From the NCBI GenBank assembly GCA_963798085.1, contig CAWCRS010000007.1:192001-256000 (forward strand): a stretch of DNA of 64,000 bases. The letters are read 5' to 3'. The notes under the pieces were generated by a model. The model made no database searches and was not told the origin of the DNA. It was given only the letters and a program-made list of their open reading frames with translations. The stretch comes from an uncultured Gemmatimonadales bacterium. Its GTDB lineage: Bacteria > Gemmatimonadota > Gemmatimonadetes > Longimicrobiales > RSA9. Position 1 is the stretch's first letter. Each line of letters starts with the position of its first letter. The position numbers were made by a program, and so were the translations under genes. Of this stretch, positions 1-8,618 are shown in pieces.

Positions 1-2071
1 TCGCGGCCCACGGCGGCCCGAGTTCCACGTCACGACCACACGCTCATCCCAACGCACCGTCGCGCGTCCGCAATGGAGGAGTTGCGCCTCATCGCCGCGA
101 TCCGGCACTACCGACCTTGCCGTCGGGTCCCAATTCTCGCGACTGACACCACCGTACTCGGCAGGCACCACAAGCGTTGCGCCAGGGGTTAGTTGTGTGG
201 GTCGCGTGACTACTGTTGCGCGCTCATTCTTCCACAACACGGCAGGGGCAATCGCGTCCCCGCGCTCTTCGCCGCTCTCACCAGCCACTTCTTGGACGCC
301 TTCCACATCCGCGACGGCAGTGACTGCAGTCGGTTCCGTAGCGCCTGTTGAGCGGGCACGCAACCACGCACGCACCGCACCGATCGGGATGGACATGGCT
401 TCGAGGGGGCTCGGAGGACAAGCTGTCAGGATGTCCGTGATGGTGTGCTCGACATCGTCGAGGGTGTCGGCCACGAGCCAACTGCCTTCAATGTCCGCCC
501 GCCATACAATCTGCACATCCGCAGTCCTACGGGCGGGCCCGTGCAAAAAGCTGGCGATGTCAGGTTCCACTTCCGGAGTCGGCGACGTCTCCGACCACAA
601 GTCAATATAGGTTGGCAGCAGAACGGGGGCGGAAACGCGGGGCGACAGGAGCGTCAGGAGACGGTCACAAGGGATCGTGCGAAGCTGTTCTGTCACCGCC
701 TCCGTTCCCATGTCGATCTGGCCTGATGCTCCGGCTGCCTCCGTCAACCAATGCCACGTGCGTGCTAAGGCGTGGCCATATACCGCATCCTCCGCTGCAT
801 TCTCCCCATCGTCGATCTGCCCGGAGCCAACAACGATGACCACGCGCGCGGCCCGAAACGAACCGATCCGATCAAGGCGACCGATCCGCTGACGGATTGC
901 ATCGAGGCTTGCGCATTCAGTCACCATCACGTCGAAATCAAAATCCGCTCCCACTTCGATCGCCTGCGTCGAGACGATCAGGTGTTTCCCCACGTCGCCG
1001 CGAGGGGTGCCGACCTGAATAAGCGGCTCGATCTTGCGCAGCAGATCTCTACGATCGAGAGGACGCATCCGGCCCGTAATGAGGTGCACTTTCCAGTCAA
1101 TGAAACGCTCGGCATCCTCCGCGATTCGGCGTGCCGTGTCCACGCGATTGACGATGATCGCCATGCGACGTGCATTGCTGACCTCTTCAAGGAGCTTCCG
1201 GGCCTCGCGGACGCAGGCTCCGGCCAGCCGTTCCCGAGCCTTCGATTCGTTTTTCGGCGTCTCCACCAGGCGCAGTGTCGCTGGTTTCGTGGCTCCGAGT
1301 CGCGGGGCGAGAGTGGCGTCGTTGCGATCGGCACGATCCAGGGAGAATATCGTGCCTTCCGCCGATCCGGGCGTCGCCGACATCGAGACACATGCGAAAC
1401 GCCTTGCACCCTGGGCTTCGTCGCGTAGCGAGGTTGCGAGTGTATCAACCGCAAGGAGCGTCTCGTGGAACGCGCGTGAAAGATGTACCTCATCGAGCAG
1501 GTAAAGGACATCCTCGCCGAGCAGACCGGCGTGCACGGGCCGCATTGAATCGGAGACCCGTACCCGCGGAACAGCAGGCGGGAACCAACCTGATCGACGG
1601 TGGACACGAGGATCCAGGGTCGGTCCGGACGCTGGGCCCAGTCAGTGTCGCGCGGCATGCCTCCCCGCAGGAGCAATGCCCCCAGCGGCGGACCAGCAGT
1701 CCCATGACACAGCGCGAGCAGTTGTTGCGCCACGCTCGCGAGTACGCCATCGCGTGCGTCGGCAAGCGCTGATACGATCCTGCTGGCGCGCGCGTACGCC
1801 TGATCGACAACGATTCGTCGATCAATGACAAACACTGTGCGCAATGGTGCGCGACGCACACTAGGCGGGTGCCAGGCTTCCAGCGCGAGCGCGAACACCG
1901 CGACCTCGAGGACGGATGTCTTCCTCGATGCCGTTGGCAGGTCCAGTGTTGCTGGCCAACCCTCGCGCACGACCTGCTCTAGGAGACGCTGCTGCCAGGG
2001 GAAGGGCGCATGGTCGTTAATGGCTCGGAAGAAGGCCGCGAAGTGCGAGGGCGGTCGGGCATTGCATTCAT
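1..2071 (-). CDS. cas3: Type I-G (I-U) Cas3 helicase, partial (continues past left edge); apparent frameshifts near 2060 and 1558
   Basis: Manual translation: FAAFFRAINDHAPFPWQQRL, LPTASRKT (motif I), STVDQVGSRLLFRGYG; after restoring one G in GGG at ~1558: VSDSMRPVHAGLLGEDVLYLLDEVH, MSAT, IIVNRV, TGRMRP, STQAIEVGADFD, QRIGRLDR. ATG at 2071 overlaps the csb2 stop (ATGA). Confidence 0.93.
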
Positions 2072-3732
2072 GCGAACGTCCGTGTAACGGGCCTTAACAG
2101 CCCCACTCCCTGATACCTGCCAGCTCCCACCAGCAGAGGCCCTTCCACCGCCTCCTCGAAAAGCAGTTCCGCATGGACGCACACGCGGCGCAGTGCATCT
2201 TCCTTTCGCGGAAAGGGTGCGAACGCCCAAGCTCCGGGTGCTCCTGGAAACACCGACCGATCGTATGTCTGGACCTGGGCAGGACGCGGCAGACCGATTC
2301 GCTCGCATGCACGCGCAATGATATCCTGCGCCGCCGCAGCCGCGGTTTCGGCAACACGAGGATCTCTCGCATTGAGATTCCCCGGGTTCCTGTCGAGTGC
2401 AATCGGTGTTACCGTTGCCCAATGTCGGCCCGGGCCGCACCACGAACCCGGCTGAAGCGTCGAGCGGTCCTCGACGGCTCGCACCCGCTCGAGCCACAGC
2501 ACACCGCTCCTTTCCAACCGCAAAGGAAGCGCTTCCCCGCTTTCCTGCTCCCACACCCCAATTGCTCGCAGCAGCGCATGGTGCTCGTCTGATATGAATG
2601 CACGGGGCAGTACGATCGCAATGCCAAGCACGCTCCCAGAAGAATGTTCATGCACGACGTCGGCAAGAGGCACCCATGCAGCATGCGAACGCTCAAGCGG
2701 TTTTCCATCCGGCGTGTGGCCTGTGATCAAGGCAGGCGGTGGGTCATCCGCATACCGCATCAATGTGCGACGCAGTGCCCGAGCGATATCCGGCGCACGT
2801 GTCAGACGCAACTCCGTCCGTCCGTGATTGGCAGGCACAACGCGAAAGACGATCCATTTGGACCCAAAAACGGATCGCGGCGACGCCGTGGGCTGCCTGC
2901 GGACGAAGCTACCGTACCGCTGATATGCGCACGGCAGTATACGCGGTTCGACCGCGGCATGATTCCGAAATGCAGCTGCAAGACGCTCGCGCTGGCCTTT
3001 CGCCACTGTGCGCAGCACTAGGTCACCCTCCTCGGCAGGTACCCAGCGTGTGCGCGTGTCCGTGTCATCAGGAGGGCCGTCCACCAACGCGCACGCGACC
3101 ATGCTGCTGGAGTGGCCCAGCCGGTGCACACGCGACAGCACCAGGGCAAGCGCGGCGCGGACGTCTGCCGCCGGACTGGCCTCCGGCCAAACGAACGAGA
3201 CGGATGCGGACGCAGGTCTCACCGAAGGGAACCAGCGTGGCTGTCGGGTGCGGCGCGACGGAAGCAACCTTGCTGCGGCCTCGACGGCGCTGGCATCGCC
3301 GGTCTCTGTGTATGCGGCGTCCCGTTCGAACGCTTTCCGGTATCTGTTCTCGTTAGTCGTCAACTGCTTGCTGGCCGCGCGGATACTCCGGGTGTCGCCC
3401 TCCAACCGTGCGGCAGCCACCAGCTCTCGCGCACACTCGAGTTCAACGAATGCATCGTGCGTACGGGAAAGCAGGCTGCGGCCAATGTCCGGCACGTAGA
3501 ATGGCGGAACCGCGCGCGCGGCGGCCCTCGCCGCGAGGACCTCAGGGTTTCCTGCATCGCTCAACCAGTCCAGAGCCCGCGCGACACTGTCGCCAAGTTC
3601 ATCCTCCGCCCACAGAGCTACCAGGGTGGAATACAGTCTGGCCGGATGCGGGGGCCATTCTGCCTTCCGCCGGTCATTGAAGCTGGAGGCGACATAGCGC
3701 CCGGTCAGAAGCTCGACGTCAATTCTCATCAT
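2068..3732 (-). CDS. csb2: Type I-G Csb2 (Cas5-Cas6 fusion)
   Basis: N-terminal EWPPHPARLYSTLVA and C-terminal Gly-rich GPLLVGAGRYQGVGL; lies between cas7 and cas3. Confidence 0.93.
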   Translation of the reverse strand: MMRIDVELLTGRYVASSFNDRRKAEWPPHPARLYSTLVALWAEDELGDSVARALDWLSDAGNPEVLAARAAARAVPPFYVPDIGRSLLSRTHDAFVELECARELVAAARLEGDTRSIRAASKQLTTNENRYRKAFERDAAYTETGDASAVEAAARLLPSRRTRQPRWFPSVRPASASVSFVWPEASPAADVRAALALVLSRVHRLGHSSSMVACALVDGPPDDTDTRTRWVPAEEGDLVLRTVAKGQRERLAAAFRNHAAVEPRILPCAYQRYGSFVRRQPTASPRSVFGSKWIVFRVVPANHGRTELRLTRAPDIARALRRTLMRYADDPPPALITGHTPDGKPLERSHAAWVPLADVVHEHSSGSVLGIAIVLPRAFISDEHHALLRAIGVWEQESGEALPLRLERSGVLWLERVRAVEDRSTLQPGSWCGPGRHWATVTPIALDRNPGNLNARDPRVAETAAAAAQDIIARACERIGLPRPAQVQTYDRSVFPGAPGAWAFAPFPRKEDALRRVCVHAELLFEEAVEGPLLVGAGRYQGVGLLRPVTRTFA

Positions 3733-5054
3733 TGCCGGCATCCGTATCGGCGGCGACGGAAAGCTCGCGGCTTCGTCGGATCAGCGCGACCAGCTTCGGC
3801 ATGGGCTTCAGGTCGATCGGTTCTGTAGTCCAACCCATGTGCACACGTTCGGCCTCGTGTGTCGCGTGTAGCACTAGTTCGCGGGCCGCGCCCAAGCCCA
3901 AGGTGTAGGTTACGGGCGCCGATCCGTCCGCTGAGACCAGCTCAAGAATCGGTGGCCGCACCGGTCGCAATGCACAGCGAGAGCGCAGGTCATAGCCGTC
4001 GCGCTGGGAGTAGGACACCGCTGCCAAGGCGAGCGCCGCCAGTGCCGTGCGCGCTGCCATTTCCGCCTCCGACCGTTTGCCGTCCAGGAATGTGCCGCTG
4101 GTGGCCTGCTGGAAGCGCAGCCGGCGGAGGGCAGGAAGGGACAGGACGACTGTCTGTTCCGCGTAGTCGATAGTCACGCCTCCCGCGAGGAAATCGATAT
4201 TCGGTTTGACGTTACCGTGGTTGATCACCGCAGGTGTCCCAGCCTTCTCACCGCCTCGTTTGAGCGGCACTGGCTTGCCCTTCTCCCTGCGTGCCCGCTC
4301 CGGATCCAGCGTCCAGTCTTCCGACGCATCTAGCGCCTCATAGATCATTGTTTTCTCAATACCGGTCGGGTCAATTCGACTTGCCGTCCGCGCACCGAGT
4401 TCGGCACCCACACCCACGATCTCGCTGACCAACGCACGCTGGAACTTGGACCCCAAACCTCCCTTCGGGCCGGTGGAGTCCCACATGCCGAACACTAGTG
4501 CGGTCGGACACATATCATACAATGCGACCGCATTCGCCATCGAATGCTTCCGTGAAACGTCGGCCCATCTCCGACGCGCGAAAGGGCACGCCGTCAAGCA
4601 GGCTGTCCCTGAGGATGCCGTCAGCCAGCCGGTGCGGCACCTCCAGCACTGACAGGTAACCGTCGCCGCCCAGACTGCTGAGGTCCAGGGCCGGATCCTC
4701 ATGACGCTCGCCCGTGAAATCCACACGCACGAGAGGAATCGGCAGCTCACCGGCCTCCCACGCATTCCGAAGCGCCTCTTCCATGCGATTCGCCTGCGAC
4801 GCAGCCGAGTCCAAGAGCACGCACAAACGCGACACACCGTCGACGCGGCGCCACTCCACAGCGTATTTCGTCTGACGCCCAACGACGGCCGACTGACCCT
4901 CCATTGGCTCAGGAATTCGCACTGTGTCGCCAAACGTCGGCGGGAAGATCTTGTCACCGGGACCACCGACAGGTTCGAGTCTGGTTATTGAGCGGAGGGC
5001 TACCGCGCCGCCTGCGACGGCGGACTTCAACACGTCATGGGTCAGCTCGGACAT
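3719..5054 (-). CDS. cas7: Type I-G Cas7 (Csb1); one apparent frameshift near 4545
   Basis: Joined from two frames: MSELTHD...KIFPPTF...LLDSAASQANRMEEAL...PHRLADG, then PTALVFGMWDS...KFQRALVSEIVG...GYDLRSRC; removing one T gives EASMANAVAL. Confidence 0.92.
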
Positions 5055-5427
5055 CGTCGTCGCCTTTCCAATGTGAAGTGATTCGCACAGCATCCGAGAC
5101 AGCTCCAATGTGCTAACAGGGTCTGACACCGCTCCGCACATCGCGCTGCAAGGCTCTGAAGAAGTACAGAAAGCATCCCGACAAGTGTGCTGGGTGTTCC
5201 GTCTGCATCTGGCTGGTTGGTCGCCCAAGCCCCGAAGCGGTGGCCGCATTGAGCAGAAGATCGAACACCTCTCCAGGCGCAGCGCGACCTCCACTATGCC
5301 GCCGAGGCGACTCGCGATCCCGGCCAGGCTGTTAGCCGGCATCGTATTGATCGATTCGTCCGGCAGGATCAGGCCGATTCCCGCGCGGACGAAGTTTGAG
5401 CGGGATCCGCCTTGCTCTGCGCGTCGT

Positions 5428-5808
5428 TCAGCCGTCCAGGGCCTCCTCCACGCCCATTATCCAGACGGCCTCGTCTCGCATGATTCGCAGCCTGCGCGCG
5501 CTATGCTCGAGCGACGCGCGCCACTCGCGCTCGGAATAGAGCAGCAGGTCGACCGGGACCGGGATCCCGCGTGTGTCCCACTCTCTCGCGCGCTCGCCGA
5601 TCGGTGGCAGTTCACCCCGGACGACCACGATCAGGTCGAGGTCGCTGCCCGGACCCCAGTCGCCGTGCGCATAGGAGCCGGTGTAGCCGATCGCCATGAT
5701 GTCAGGATGCTCGCGCTGCGCGCGCTCCGCCCAGCCACGCGCCGCCTCGTGCACGGACGCAGCGTCAGGCCAGGTGTGGACGAACGAATTCGATGATCTG
5801 TCGGGCAT
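5428..5808 (-). CDS. Minimal nucleotidyltransferase (MNT) domain protein
   Basis: GSYAHGDWGPGSDLDL (GSx10DxD) plus downstream VDL; 126 aa; start overlaps the end of the HEPN gene. Confidence 0.88.
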   Translation of the reverse strand: MPDRSSNSFVHTWPDAASVHEAARGWAERAQREHPDIMAIGYTGSYAHGDWGPGSDLDLIVVVRGELPPIGERAREWDTRGIPVPVDLLLYSEREWRASLEHSARRLRIMRDEAVWIMGVEEALDG

Positions 5809-6154
5809 GACCAACCGCCTGTTCGCTCTGCAGCGGGCCGAAGTGCTCGAACGACGGCCCCTCCGTATACCCATTCGGGTAGCGCGCGGGGATGTAGTAG
5901 TTGTCGAGAACCCTGGCCGCCTCAAGGAGACGAGCAGGTGCGTGGGTCGTGGCCGGCAAGGCGTCCAGCAGCCGCGCGACCACGTGACCCCAGGCTTCCT
6001 GGCGGTGGTGCAGGTGGAGCGATTTCACGGCCTTCTCCGCCGCTTGATGTGCGGCGAAGCACGACCAGTCGTGTCGGCCTGCACGCCGCGAATCCTCCGC
6101 CTGCTCGAGATCGTGCTCCGCCTGGCGAAACCAGTCGCTGGATCGGTTCGGCAC
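5765..6154 (-). CDS. HEPN domain protein (COG2250-like)
   Basis: WFRQAEHDL...CFAAHQAAEKAVK...WGH...LDNYYIPARYP; GTG start with GGAG upstream; 129 aa. Confidence 0.88.
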   Translation of the reverse strand: MPNRSSDWFRQAEHDLEQAEDSRRAGRHDWSCFAAHQAAEKAVKSLHLHHRQEAWGHVVARLLDALPATTHAPARLLEAARVLDNYYIPARYPNGYTEGPSFEHFGPLQSEQAVGHARQIIEFVRPHLA

Positions 6155-6209
6155 CTCGCGAAACTCCGGAGCAGTCAGAAACGGGCGACATCCGCCGCCT
6201 CGTTTTCGA

Positions 6210-6238
6210 AGTATGACGATCGGGGCTTGCACTGTCCA
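6210..6238 (-). promoter_or_regulatory. Putative sigma70 promoter of HEPN-MNT
   Basis: TGGACA-17 nt-CATACT on the minus strand, 55 nt upstream of the HEPN start. Confidence 0.5.
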
Positions 6239-6401
6239 ATCGCGGATCCGGCACGGACCGGATCGTCCCGGCGTCGGCGGCGTCCAGAAGCACTGTTAGC
6301 TGGGCGGTTCGCCACGGACCGCTCAACGAGCGCCGCGTAACTGCCGACGCTTGCGTGCAGGACTCTCGATCAGAAGTCCAACTCCCGGAACGCGATTCGC
6401 C

Positions 6402-8141
6402 ATGCGCAGCGACCCCGATACGCCTCCGCCCGGAGAGGCCGACAACGCGGACGATAGCCTTCTGCCCGTCCGCATGCTGAACGAGTTCGTCTACTGCCCA
6501 AGGCTCTTCCATCTCATGCACGTCGAGCAGCAGTGGGCGGACAACGTGTACACAGCCGAAGGCCAGGAGGTGCACCGTCGGGTGGATCGCTTCGGCGATA
6601 TTCTGCCGGAAGCCGCCTCGCCGGCGGAGCCGGAAGGGGACGGCGAAGGCGACGCTCCTCCTGAAATCAGCCGGTCCGTCACGCTCTCCAGCGAACGCCT
6701 CGGGATCGTCGCCAAACTCGATCTGGTCTCGACGGCCGGGGACGAGGCGGTTCCTGTCGACACGAAGCGCGGCCGGGTGCCGCGCAACCCGGAGCGCAGC
6801 TGGGAGCCGGAGCGAGTGCAGCTCATGGCCCAGGGGCTGCTCCTGCGCGAGCACAGCTTCCGCTGCGATCACGGTGTCCTCTACTTCGCCGGGTCCCGCA
6901 CGCGAGTCACGATACCCTTCACCGCCGAGCTCGAGGCGCGCACCCTCCACTACATCGCCGAGGCGGGTCGGGCGGCCGAGCGCATGACCCTGCCCGATCC
7001 GCTCGAGGACAGTCCGAAATGCAACGGTTGTTCGCTCAACGGGATCTGCCTTCCCGACGAGACCCTGGCGCTACGGGATGTGCCCGCTGACCCCGTCACG
7101 TCGGCGACGGGAGTGCGCCGCCTCTACCCGCCCCGGGAAGAGGCCCTTCCACTGTACGTGCAGGAGCAGGGCGCGACCGTGGGCAAGGATGGCCAGCGCG
7201 TCGCGGTCCGGAAGGACGGCGAAGTGCTCGCTCATGTGCGCTTCAAGGACATCGATCAGCTCGTTCTGTGCGGAGGCGTGAGTGTGACGTCAGCCGCGAT
7301 CCATGCGCTCTGCGAAGCGGGCATTCCCATTGTCCACCTCTCCCGCGGGCACTGGTTCTATGGAATCACGAGCGGCTTCGGTCTGCGCAACGCATTCAAT
7401 CGAGCGGCACAGTTCCAGTCTGCGGCCGACGCCGGACGCGTGCTCGGTTTTGCGCGCGCGGTCGTGCGCGCGAAGGGCATGAACCAGCGCACGATGATCC
7501 TGCGCAATGCGCGACCGCGTCCGATTCCGGGTGGACGCGAAATGGTCGCGTTGCTGCGCAAAGTCCCCCACGTCCGCAATGTCGATGAACTGCTCGGCCT
7601 CGAGGGTGCGCTCGGCGCGATCTACTTCCGGCATTTCGACGCCATGCTGCGCCCGCGTGAATCGGATTTCGAGTTCGATTTCTCGGGCCGCAACCGTCGG
7701 CCGCCGCGCGACCCGGTGAATGCGCTGCTCTCGTTCACCTATGCCATGCTGGCGCGGGAATGCACGGTCGCGGTGGCGGCGACGGGGCTCGACCCATGGT
7801 GGGGTCTCTACCACCGGCCCCGTCACGGGCGTCCAGCGCTCGCGCTGGATCTCATGGAAGAGTTTCGCCCGCTCGTCGCCGACAGTGCTGTCATCACCGC
7901 GATCAACACGGGCATGGTCGGCGGCAGCGACTTCGTCAGGAATCGTCAGGCCTGCGTCCTCAATGCGGGTGGCCGCAAGGCCATGATCCGGGCGTACGAG
8001 GCGCGACTCGAGCAACTCGTCACGCATCCGGTGTTCGGCTACCGGTGCTCCTGGCGCACGGTCGTCCGGGTGCAGGCGAAGCTGCTCGCCCGCTGGCTTC
8101 GCGGCAATGTCCCCACGTACCGCGGCATGACGACGCGCTGA
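6402..8141 (+). CDS. cas1: Cas4-Cas1 fusion
   Basis: Cas4 part: EFVYCPR, KLDL..DTKRG, QL, CNGCSLNGIC; Cas1 part: LLGLEG, RNRRPPRDPVNALLSFTY, ALDLMEEFRP. Confidence 0.95.
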   Translation: MRSDPDTPPPGEADNADDSLLPVRMLNEFVYCPRLFHLMHVEQQWADNVYTAEGQEVHRRVDRFGDILPEAASPAEPEGDGEGDAPPEISRSVTLSSERLGIVAKLDLVSTAGDEAVPVDTKRGRVPRNPERSWEPERVQLMAQGLLLREHSFRCDHGVLYFAGSRTRVTIPFTAELEARTLHYIAEAGRAAERMTLPDPLEDSPKCNGCSLNGICLPDETLALRDVPADPVTSATGVRRLYPPREEALPLYVQEQGATVGKDGQRVAVRKDGEVLAHVRFKDIDQLVLCGGVSVTSAAIHALCEAGIPIVHLSRGHWFYGITSGFGLRNAFNRAAQFQSAADAGRVLGFARAVVRAKGMNQRTMILRNARPRPIPGGREMVALLRKVPHVRNVDELLGLEGALGAIYFRHFDAMLRPRESDFEFDFSGRNRRPPRDPVNALLSFTYAMLARECTVAVAATGLDPWWGLYHRPRHGRPALALDLMEEFRPLVADSAVITAINTGMVGGSDFVRNRQACVLNAGGRKAMIRAYEARLEQLVTHPVFGYRCSWRTVVRVQAKLLARWLRGNVPTYRGMTTR

Positions 8142-8143
8142 TC

Positions 8144-8434
8144 ATGGATCGCCGTCACTACGTCATCACCTACGACATCTCCGACGACCGTCGCCGGACC
8201 AATGTCCATCGGACCCTGCTCGGCTTTGGCGACTGGGCTCAGTACAGCGTATTCTTCTGTGAACTCAACGAACGCGAACTTGTCACGCTTCGCGCGCGCC
8301 TGCGCGCGTGCATTCACGCAGTCGAGGATCAGGTCCTGATCGTGGACCTTGGCCGTGCCGTTCACCCGTTGCAGACAGGCCTCGAGTGCCTGGGTCGTGG
8401 CTACGACCCGCCTGTGCGGACGTTCGTCGTCTGA
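8144..8434 (+). CDS. cas2: Cas2
   Basis: MDRRHYVITYDISDDRRR...QYSVF...DQVLIVDLG; 96 aa directly after cas1. Confidence 0.95.
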   Translation: MDRRHYVITYDISDDRRRTNVHRTLLGFGDWAQYSVFFCELNERELVTLRARLRACIHAVEDQVLIVDLGRAVHPLQTGLECLGRGYDPPVRTFVV

Positions 8435-8618
8435 CGGATGGGTCTTTCGAGCGGAGGGGGTAATGCGCAGATTGCCGGGAGCCGGTCGAAGCTGTTTGAA
8501 AATCAGGGTCTTGGGTGAGTCTACAGGCCTTCCCATGCTCGTGCGACCCCGTCCGGTTGGTTGCCCGCTCGATTCCGGTTCGCTAACTTTCGTGTTCGCA
8601 GCGAGTTCCAGGACGGCC
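8435..8618 (+). promoter_or_regulatory. CRISPR leader
   Basis: Non-coding stretch between cas2 and repeat 1; the degenerate terminal repeat is at the far end (16403), consistent with plus-strand orientation. Confidence 0.75.

Noticed and set aside
1..2071. Missing cas8g (csx17) and Cas3 HD domain
   Set aside because: The operon runs off the left edge, where both are expected in type I-G
5080..5092. GATTCGCACAGCA as the target of the candidate mini-spacer at 5353
   Set aside because: 10/13 identity with seed mismatches and no TTN PAM
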